DNA of 64,000 nucleotides from Lingula anatina (Eukaryota; Animalia; Brachiopoda), in contig CM120640.1 of NCBI GenBank assembly GCA_051362555.1, positions 41,456,788 through 41,520,787 on the forward strand. The letters run 5' to 3'. The translations under genes and the position numbers were made by a program. Shown here piece by piece: positions 52,017 through 62,068 of this stretch. Numbering within the stretch: position 1 is the stretch's first letter; every line of letters starts with the position of its first letter. The notes below the pieces were generated by a model. That model did no database searches. It saw nothing but the letters and a program-made list of their open reading frames with translations, and was not told where the DNA came from.

Positions 52017-53505
52017 TTGCCAGAGTTGAATTGGACGGTTTGGGCTTATTGCACAAGGGTCCCGTGAAATTAGGATGACAGCTACATCGCATTCCATCAC
52101 TGACAACCACGCAATTCCCTCCATTTGCACAGGTCAAGTTACAGAAATCACTGCAGTCCGCTCCGGTGTAGTTTTCATGACAGGCACACTGGTATCCTCC
52201 AACTTCTGGAACCAATATGCAATCCCCATGATTGCACCGGCCGCATTTTTTGTCGATAGGGGGCGGGGTCAAGTCCCGTACTTGAGTATTGTTTCTGAGA
52301 ATTGCAGGTATGGTGACTCGCGGAGGCCCAGACACACAGTGCATCTCGCCTTCGTCGTTTATGTCACAGTGGTTCTGATCTCCGCAGGACAAATCACAAA
52401 CCTGTCCGCAATCGTCACCTATAAAGCCGTCGAAACAAATACAAGTGTACCTATTGATACCTGCATAAAAAGCACACATTCCCTCCAGACACGGCCCGTC
52501 ACAGTATGAAAATTTGGAAGTCGTTGGAATGACCGAGGCAGATGTAGAGCTGGCATCTGTAACGGGGATACAGTCAACTCTGCAAGTTGCTTCATCAAAA
52601 ACACATTCCGTGTCGTCTTCGCATGGGTTTAGGAATGGTTGACTGCACAGATTGTAACAAGGGGCTGCCGAATCACCATCAGTAGTACTGGTCGGTTTTT
52701 CCGTATTCCTGGACTGCGTGGTTTCTGACGGCGTGGGTGACGATGTGGTAGGCATTGGTATACAATTTGGACGGCAGGTAGAGAAATCAAACTGACATAA
52801 CATGCCGTCGTCACAGTTTTTGAGAAAAGGCATAGCACATACATCTAGACATGAGACTGGGGGAGGGGTGAAAGGAACTGTCGCCCTTGCAGTGGTAATA
52901 CTAGCGCTTTGGGTCTGTCCTGGAATGTCAGAATCTATTTGCCCAGCTTGAGTGGCACTTGGCGTACTGTTATAATGGTCCGATCCTGTTGTGCTGGTAG
53001 GGCTTGGGGGTTGAATGCAATTCGGCTTGTAAGTTGAATAATCAAAAACGCAAAGCAGACCGTCTTCGCAACTTTTTAAGAACGTCATAGCACATTCATC
53101 TAAACAAGCCACTGGTGGCGGTGTAAAAGCACCAGTCGGCACAACAGTGGTTGCAGTTGTACTCGTAGGCTGTCCAGTAGAACTGGCCAGTGACAGATTT
53201 ACGGTAGTCACAGAGCTTGTTGGTTTAGTGGTACTTTCGTTCTCAGAACTTGCCGCTGTGGCGCTTGATGGTTCAATGCAGTCGGGCCGGCAGGTAGCGT
53301 AGTTAAAAACACACAGCATGCCGTCGTCGCAATTCTTCAGGAACGTCAAGTCACAAACATTAATACAGGATAAAGCCGGGGGAGCTACTCCACCTTGCCG
53401 TTTCATTCTACTAATCAGTCCAGCAGAAGATACCAAACTGTCGGCCAACAAAAAAAAACAAAAAATATAAACAAACGTCGCCGTTTTCCAGTGTGGATCC
53501 GCCAT
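52017..53505 (-). CDS. Variable exon V5: signal peptide + RMKR furin site + four 6-Cys modules with mucin spacers + EGF domains ending in the tandem EGF pair
   Basis: MADPHWKTATFVYIFCFFLLADSLVSS signal; 1489 nt = 496 codons + 1; donor A|GTAGGT (GT at 52016-52015), phase 1. Confidence 0.88.
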
Positions 53506-56500
53506 CTTAATCGTGTGTACTTACAATAGTGACCACATGTAGCTTGGCCAGCGACCTATATGCATACACACTATTTCATGAGTATGGGAGCGTTAGCGTG
53601 ATTCAGTCACCGTAACATCCGGCCCTGATGGAGAAGATTGAAGCCACCCGGACCTGATGCTGTGGATAACACAATAGAAGCCACACAATCATATAAATAG
53701 TCAGAAAGACCTTCGGGGCGTGAGTTAGGGCATAAAATACGCGGCCAACGTCATCACGCATTACGTCTTTTGTTCACGGCCCGTCCCGTCATCCAGTAAA
53801 AGATAACGTACATAGCTGTGTGAATGGAGCCTCATTATTATAAAAACCCTTTCTGTGGTCGCTTTCAGAGCCATAAACACAAATCGAAAAACATTCTCGC
53901 TTAAAAAATCTAGTCACAATACCTATATATACTGTACTAGTAGTTTGACACAGTTTTACGTCGCCCGATGTAAACAGCTGACCTTTTATGTCCTTTCACC
54001 ATAATCGATGATCAATTTCATTCAGTAACAATCGTTGTTATTAATCAAAACATTTCTTAGAGGTAAACGATAATGGTTTTTTAATAAAGAACCGACGATG
54101 CATCTTGATTTACTTGACATTCGGAAATGATCTCTGGGCAGTATAATAGTTCAGTGTTATATTACACAACTATCTGTAATTCTCTACAGCAAATCATGAT
54201 ATTCTTATTCAACCGAATTCAGCTATTGTGACTACAAAAAAAAAAAAAAAAAAAAAAAAACAACCTCGAATGAGCGGTTTTTACATTACGTAAAATCAGG
54301 TAGGCCTATATATCCTTTTTATGTATTGTCAGAAATACGGAAGAAACAATGTCTCTTTTGTCTTTGTATTTCGTTAATATACATGTATCTTCATATAGGG
54401 CAATAATCACATCTTATTAGCAGTCTTACTTCCAAATAACTGCATTCAACAAGTGCACATTTAAATCTCTGCTATCATGCACTTAATATTTATGTTATTC
54501 ATTATAGAGTAGAATTAGGATAAGCCATACAGAATAAAAAATGGTCGAGAAAAGCGAACAGTTAGTGCTCGTGCACTTTTGTTTTTACAAAATTATTGTC
54601 TCGGAACTTGGCTTTTGACGACATTTGATACTATCATAAACTGTGAGAGGGATAATACAACTTGGGTCCTATAGCACAAACATCATGATCATGCTCTGAT
54701 ACTTTATTGCGTTTTTATATTTACTGTAGCACTTAGTAAATAGCGGTATAGAAAAACGCAAATAAAAGTGGTACATAATGTACACGAGGAATATTTATGC
54801 TACCGTGCTTGAGACCCAATAGGCGTTTTACTTCTCTTCAGGAGAGCCCCTACCTTACCTTTTTATACGAAAAGAGGGAAGTATATGAATGGAATTTTTT
54901 TTAATTTGGGTGTTTTTGTTAACAACACTTATAAGGTAATATAGGGGGCTACGTACAAAATTTCAATGTAAACATGTTTAGAACAACACGAAATACAGTA
55001 AATAGAAATGCCCTCATGTGAACTTGAGAAGGCACAAAATATGGTTTAGTAGTGCACTGTAAATAACAAAAGAAAATACAAATATTACACGTAAGACCAG
55101 AAAAAGGGGGGTGCACAGTGGAGTACATATGAGGTCCTTTAAAAAAGCCCCAAAATGGAAAGAAAAGATAAAAAGGGAAGTGGGAAATTTTTGGAAAAGA
55201 AGGAGGTACAAGGAGACCAAACATGCCCCTGCCTAATAACTGGCATTTTTATAGAAGCAGCTGTTTGTTTTGTCTATAAAGGGTGGTATTTGGACCTCCA
55301 TACCTATTGTATCCTTATAAATGATACACATAAACTCTATTCTAAGCCAAGAACAGGCACTTACCATTTGGTCAACATCGGATGATTCCGTATTTGTGAC
55401 GTTACTATAAACTGTGCAGTGCAATATGTTCTTCCTAAATTTTTGACATTCATAGGATATGTCAGGAAAATTATATGTCATGATATGACACATGAGCGAT
55501 TTTAGTGAATGTTGACATCGAAACATATCTGTGAGTAAATCATGAAACTTAAGTTTGTGAAAAAATATTATAATTCGACAATTACATACAGATCCTGATG
55601 AATCTATAAAACATCTTATTAACAGCTTTTGTACATGGAGATTTCATTCTGAGTACTCAATAAACAATACAGCTCAGTCGCCACAGTTATTTGATGAACT
55701 TATTTCATATCCAACCTTGATTACCTCGGTATGGAAATATATTTTAAAAAATAAACTTGTCTGTCAGGGATGAAGTAAAGTAACATTTCCCACTTTCATG
55801 AAAGAAGACAAATATGTGTACTGACAACTGACATCGCCTGTCACTAATTCCAACTTTGTCTGAAAAAAAAATACTATATGTCATAAGAAATGAGAGTCCA
55901 TTTTAACTGTGTGGAACAGTCAAGAGTCATATGTGGGTTGGAAATTGCAATTACATGGTCTACAGTGAACGTATTATACTTGCTTTGGTTGTAATTGTAA
56001 CTTTTACCGTCACTCAGAACAGCAGGACTCATCGTTGCGGACTTCAGGACAATGATGTCGTGTCATGTGCATACTACAGGGGATGACTCACGTTTTACAC
56101 GTATTCACTCTATCAGTCCACCCTGTTACTGTCGGTAAATTTTCTATCAGAGCTCTTCTTTTTATCTACAACCCGTGGCAATTACCAGAAAAACTCCTAT
56201 AGTGATTAATTATATAGCCGGTGATACATGTACACGCTATTGGAAGACCTACTTGTTGTGAGTACATGACCTTAAAATCGTGACATTCGTTCCTAATGAT
56301 GCTATTTGATTTAATGGCCTATTTGACATTTACATGATCACCGCATGATATATGGTTCGGGCAGAAAGTGGCATTTTTACGGATTGATATTCTTTATAGT
56401 TTCTTAAAAAATCGAAGTGACAAGAGAACAATGTCAAGGTCACATATACTGTATATATCGTATAATATGTACACAAGACGAAACACCGGATGGCGTGTTT

Positions 56501-57283
56501 TTCGTCATTATTTTATCTAGTTAGTAATAAAAAATGTGTCTTACTGTAAAATAATTTGTAATGGTCACAACCGAACTTGCACAGAATAAAAGAACAACTG
56601 TAGATCGGGGTCACTTAATGCCTCGTTACATCATATTTGACAATCACTGAGACTGATTTTTTTACGTTTTGTGTGGGTGGAAATTGAAATATTTTATTCT
56701 ATTTTGTTCAGAGATTCACCTTAGTTACATTCTGCTAGCACACAATAATTTCCTTGTTTGCTTAAACCACATTCACCCTGAGCTGTGAAGGTAGGGTTAA
56801 TTTGAGGTTAAATGCCTTTGTCTAAACCCAATTAGAAAAGAAAGCGACTCACAGACGTGTTGGTCCTAAAAATAGTAAGGTCATTTTTTTTTTTGGGTTC
56901 ATTCTATATGTGTATTTGAGCACTATCAAGCCCTTCTCATTTTATTTAGATATGATGATGATGGTGCTTATCATTAACAAGAATCTTATTTATTGATTTT
57001 TTTAAAAAAGCTCGCAAAGTTTAACTATGTATTGAAAAAGCAGACCTAACGTCATTTCATCAGTCCATTACTCTCCGCACTATCAACTGCATTTCGTGAT
57101 AACTTATTCGGGTGCAATCATTTCTATTCCATTTTTATTATTGACAATACATGTATATACAAACACTATTGTGCATAGGGTCTCGTAGAGAAAATACAAG
57201 CAAAAAAAAGGTTATTTCAAAATAGTACAGCGAAAACTACCTTCAGTTGAATGTTAGTATTATCGAAGAGCAGAAAACCTCAC

Positions 57284-57647
57284 CTGCCGTGGGCGGCTCA
57301 CCGCAGCTAAAACCACTCCATCCTCCGTAACAGTTACATACAGGCTTGGAATATTCCGGGTGTATTTCACAGGACCCGTGGGGCCCACAGTCCAGGGGAC
57401 AATGCTGATCACAGGCCAGCCCAGTCCACCCGTCATCACACGAACACGAGAAGGCTGGTAGATTCATGAACCGCAGACAGATTTGTAGACAGTTTCCGTG
57501 CACGCAGCGGATTCTGCAACTGTCTTTGGGAATGGACTTTTTCTGACACTTGTTTTCCATTGCTTCGGTGGACGGGAGTAAAATCCAAAGAAGAAAAACT
57601 GTGTTTAAAGTGTGAAAAAGTACCATGAAGCTACATCCCTGCCTCAT
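57284..57647 (-). CDS. Variable exon V6: signal peptide + tandem EGF pair (first EGF with an extra Cys pair)
   Basis: MRQGCSFMVLFHTLNTVFLLWILLPSTEA signal; 364 nt = 121 codons + 1; donor CAG|GTGAGG (GT at 57283-57282), phase 1. Confidence 0.85.
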
Positions 57648-58124
57648 AACATCTGTGGCGGAGTTTTCTCAGCAGTCATTCTCCCAGCTAAACGTGCGTG
57701 ACGCGCTAACATTAACCCCTTCATTAATTCCACTTTAGTCCTTAAGTGTGGTGTTTCCAAAACGGCGTCGAAAGTTTAGCAGAATACAACTTTGTGGTAA
57801 TTGCCAGTCTTTAGCAGATAAGGCTTAGGCTAATTGTAGGCTACATTTAGCATACTTTGCATATAATGAAGGTATTTAGGGGTATATAGTCATAGAGGGA
57901 TCTTCAGTTGCGATAACGTAACAAAATTTACTAATTTGTTGTTATTTTCTTTTTTTTTTTAAGAAACAAAGGACGCTGATGTTTTAAAAGTTTTAATTTT
58001 AACATCGAAGAATGACTCCATCCATTGACTGTTGCTTTAACATTAATCTCCTTTAGCTCAATTTTGTACAATTCAGAGAGGGATCTTCATATTGAAAAAA
58101 TTAGTCATACCAAGTACAAAGAAA

Positions 58125-58125
<1 letters not shown>

Positions 58126-58182
<57 letters not shown>
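58126..58182. repeat. (TA)n microsatellite
   Basis: Direct reading. Confidence 0.95.
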
Positions 58183-58186
<4 letters not shown>

Positions 58187-59378
58187 CAATTGTGTATTTT
58201 ATGTGACCTTGCACCGATTCTTTATAATATTTCAAAACACTTAAATGCTACTGACAAAGCTAGTTGGTGCACGCAAACAGTCATAGGACACTCTGGGAGA
58301 GGCTAACTCCCATAAAATGACTGAACTGTCTGAAGGTAGAATGGCATGAAAAAAGAAAAAAGCCGAGAGACCTGGGCGTCTCCGTTTAAAACAGGCATTA
58401 TTTCCTCATGCCTTCACAAACACACACACACACACGCACACACACACACGAGAGAGAGAGACGATAGAATGTGTTTGTTGTCAATATAATTGTGAAAGTT
58501 GAGACCACTTAATCGTAATTTCAGGTGAGAGATGGTATCTGTTGTCTCCGTGGGACCTACAATTTTACGGTCCAGGGTTACTGTTAATTACAAATTCAGG
58601 TAGACACTTGACGCTAGACTTAGAATTCTTTGAAAAAAAAAAAAAAAAAAAAAAGCAATCAGAATAAACAAACAAACAAACAAACAATAATAATAATAAT
58701 CCGAGAAAAAAATAAACGCTCAGTGGCCTTTGTTTGATTTAATAGGGTTTCGTAGGGTTTCGCAAGCGAGAGGACACATTTTGTCATCATCCTCATCGTT
58801 AATTATTAAAAAAGATATTGCTCTATTACTGTGTTTCAGTGTACATTTTTAAGTTCACATAAATCAAATCAATTCAAATTTTAATTTGAGGTTATATTAT
58901 CGTTAAAAAAACGAAATGGATTATGAAAGTTTTAAAATGTTTGGCTACAGGTAATATTGTTATTTCGTTTAGATAATACATGTATTTTCGTTGTGTGTTT
59001 TTAAAGTATTGGTTATACAGGAGTTGGAGATTTTTTTAAAGTTTTTTTTTACCATAAAATTAGGTTCGAAACAGAAAAAAATATCTTGATCTGTGCGTGG
59101 CGTGGATGCTTATGTGCCGCTGACACGCTTATCTTTAAAACAACGCCCAAGTCGTGATTGTTTTTACAGTCACATTTTGTGAAAAATCATATTATTCTTT
59201 TCTATCTTCGTAATGTTAATTCAGTATGCTTATTTCACATCGATGCCCTAATACCCGTAAACATTGTATCACAAAGACGATGCCTTTGCCTTATATAATC
59301 TCAAATGTATTCCTCCCATAAATCTTATCACAGTATAACACTTGTATTATTTCACTTCAGTAGCTGTTTTATCATAGT

Positions 59379-60303
59379 CAGGCCTAACCAACTACCAGAC
59401 TCGGCACCTAAGGATCCAGAATTAACCGGTATATCGGACCACACTACCCGTTTTCAAGGTGTGTGTCAGATCGCATTTCGGAGTATCAGTCAGAACACCG
59501 ACAGGATAAGCCCACGCTCGGCTGTCACCTTGATTATATAGTAAACAACTGTCGTATTTAATCACTATATGATTTTAAAACCGAGGGCATAAATTTGAAA
59601 GCCACCTAGATGAACCTTAGACTGCCACATCAATCTAATACAATGCAAAAAAGCCCTATCAAAAGTGGTTAAAACATTCAAACCGAATGTCGTAAAGTCC
59701 CCATATACCCCCATAGAGACAATGAAATAGAGTACTCTAAGTAATAGATAGACCCCTCGTCTGACGAGGGGTCTATCTTATTTAGACCACGGGTCCATTA
59801 GCGGGTTATTAAGGGCCCCTTTACACTGGACGGCGTCCTTTCTGCGTCCAGCAGTACGGCCCCATTTGAGAGTTAAATTTTTTTAATATTTTACGTGCCG
59901 ACAACTGGCTGATCATTGAGCATTCATTCTGATAAAAAATTAATGCTCGTGCCTCCTTATTAAGACCACAGCGATGCCAAATTTCATGGTCGCAGAAAGG
60001 ACGCAGAAAGGACGCCGTCCAGTGTAAAGGGGGTATAACGCATTCTTGAGAGAAGTGTGGTTACGCGAGTTACACCACATCTGAGTCTTCTGTTCTTTAC
60101 TTCCACTGTGGTCTAAAGTAAGAGTACAGTTTAAGGTTGTTCAGCCGAGCGTGGATGAGCCCGCAGTCGTCCTACAAAATTTGTTCTAGGGTATGATACT
60201 CCTATATGCGATCTGACACACACCTTGAAAACGGGTAGTGTGGTCTGATTTACCGGTTAATTCAGAATCCTTAGGTGCCGAGTCTGGTAGTTGGTTAGGC
60301 CTG
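59379..60303. mobile_element. Non-autonomous DNA transposon, 925 bp, ~100-bp near-perfect TIRs, 5-bp TSD ATAGT
   Basis: ATAGT|CAGGCCTAACCAACTACCAGACTCGGCACCTAAGGAT...GTCAGATCGCAT matches the reverse complement of ATGCGATCTGAC...ATCCTTAGGTGCCGAGTCTGGTAGTTGGTTAGGCCTG|ATAGT. Confidence 0.9.
59813..60035. mobile_element. PIF/Harbinger-type MITE nested inside the 925-bp element
   Basis: TAA|GGGCCCCTTTACACTGGACGGCGTCCTTTCTGCGTCC ... GGACGCAGAAAGGACGCCGTCCAGTGTAAAGGGGGTA|TAA: ~34-bp perfect inverted repeat with a TAA TSD. Confidence 0.85.
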
Positions 60304-61405
60304 ATAGTCATTACATCTTATTTTAACTTTATAGCCTCATTCCATGTATAGAATTGAATCAGTCATATTAATAATTGCACTTTGCAATGTAATATGAAAA
60401 ATTCATTTTCAATACGTCGACTAACACGCTGTCGTATGATGGGTCATTTCTTAACTCACTTAAAATGCCAATATTTACTGGTTTTTGTATAGAAATGAAA
60501 AAAAGTGTCATCAGAAATTTTGTGGCATCGAAAGCGCTATCAATCGTGATCATCAGTGTGATAAAATAATCTGAATATTTCTGCCTTTATTTTATATGAG
60601 AAAAAAATAAAGAACAAGACTGGAGCGACTCTATCTGCCGGCATAAAAATGGAGCTGAAATGAGTTTTCGTCTAAAATTTAAGCCATTTAGCACTAAATA
60701 TCTGTATCCAGATGTTTTTTGTTTTTTTTTCGATCATGGAATTACTTCAATAATTTGATGGACTTCTCATTTATCCAAGGCCCTTTGTTGATAAACGTCA
60801 CAAACTGATGTGATGTTGAAAAGACTAAGCTAAGTTTTGTAGAGCCTGGTGACATTTTTATGGAAGTCAGAGTGGTGCAATGACCTCGAATGGCAGCACA
60901 AAGTTCTTCATCGTCATTAATCTACTTTTGGATCTCGGCTTGTGCACATTCTTAGTTTACGTTAACTGCTTTTACATATAGGATACCATAAGAAGACACT
61001 TGAATTTTCAAAATCTCGATACCAAAATAAAAAAAAACGACAAAAAATAACAAAAGTAACAATATATTTGATAAAGCAGTATGAAAGCGTATGACATATA
61101 ATGTAATGTATATAATGAAAAGTAAAGCGATGGTGATAAAATCTCAATTAAGATGCCAGTGGTAGCATTCTATGAATGAGTAACGTACACTTTTTGCTGC
61201 AGGGAGGAATGACAGTTTTGCCATGATTTTTTTTGCATCTACGACCTTACATATAACATACATTTAGTTCAACAGTGAGTTTCATGTTGGAACACATAAA
61301 TCTTCTTTCCAAACTGACAGATGATACAAATGAGATTTTTTTAAAGAAAAGAACAATTTTGTCCTGAATCCATAATTAAACAGGCAAAATGGAAAACATC
61401 CAGAT

Positions 61406-62068
61406 CTACTTAAAAATCTGTGTCAATACGGATAATACTATTGACATGCACAAAACACGTGGTGATGGTATTGACATCGTTCCTAGTCCAGTGTACGGTG
61501 CAACCTTGTTGTTTGAAGATGTCGCCGTCGTTGTCACGTCCGCCGTTGTTGTGGGCATAGCCTCCACAAAAACTTCCTGCGAACAATTGGGACCCATGAA
61601 CTCAGCAGTACATTTGCAGCGATGTGTGCAAGTTGTTGCATTGAATATGCACTCCGCGCCGTTGTAGCATTCGTGAATGCCTTCGTGCGTGTTGCAAAGA
61701 TTGATGCAAGGTCCAAGGGGCCTGTGTGTGACAGGAGGCTCTGTGCTACTAGTTGTAGTTGTCAGCACATCGTTGTCACCAGTGTCGGTGCTCGGGGTTT
61801 GGCATGTCTCCCCTGTAAATCCAGGCGCGCACGTGCACTTTTTGGTACAAGTCGTCCAGTCAAAGTCACATTTGGCGCCGTTGTAACATTCGTGAATGAG
61901 TTCCTGCATTTGACAAACATTGAACCAACATTCGCCAGTTGCTCTTTTTTGTAGTAAGTGCATCAGTGTATTTGTCCTTTTTAATTCTGCCCCTAGTGAT
62001 GGACATATTAGAAAGACGAATGTTTGTATGATACATATATGATACACAGTCCTGAGGGTCTTCATCAT
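61406..62068 (-). CDS. Cassette V7: signal peptide + KR site + two 8-Cys EGF variants + Thr-rich stalk + hydrophobic C-terminus (GPI-anchor-like); probably a stand-alone single-exon paralogue
   Basis: 220-aa ORF; CxNxC..CYNGAxCxF..TTC...CxC...F.G..C twice; ends RVLCMSIVLSVLTQIFK*; no strong phase-1 donor seen. Confidence 0.8.
   Translation of the reverse strand: MMKTLRTVYHICIIQTFVFLICPSLGAELKRTNTLMHLLQKRATGECWFNVCQMQELIHECYNGAKCDFDWTTCTKKCTCAPGFTGETCQTPSTDTGDNDVLTTTTSSTEPPVTHRPLGPCINLCNTHEGIHECYNGAECIFNATTCTHRCKCTAEFMGPNCSQEVFVEAMPTTTADVTTTATSSNNKVAPYTGLGTMSIPSPRVLCMSIVLSVLTQIFK

Noticed and set aside
42253-62068. All EGF ORFs as consecutive exons of one Notch/Crumbs-like giant protein
   Set aside because: Each ORF begins with its own Met and signal peptide, V3 and V7 lack usable donors, and no Ca-binding EGF consensus or Notch-specific domains are seen.
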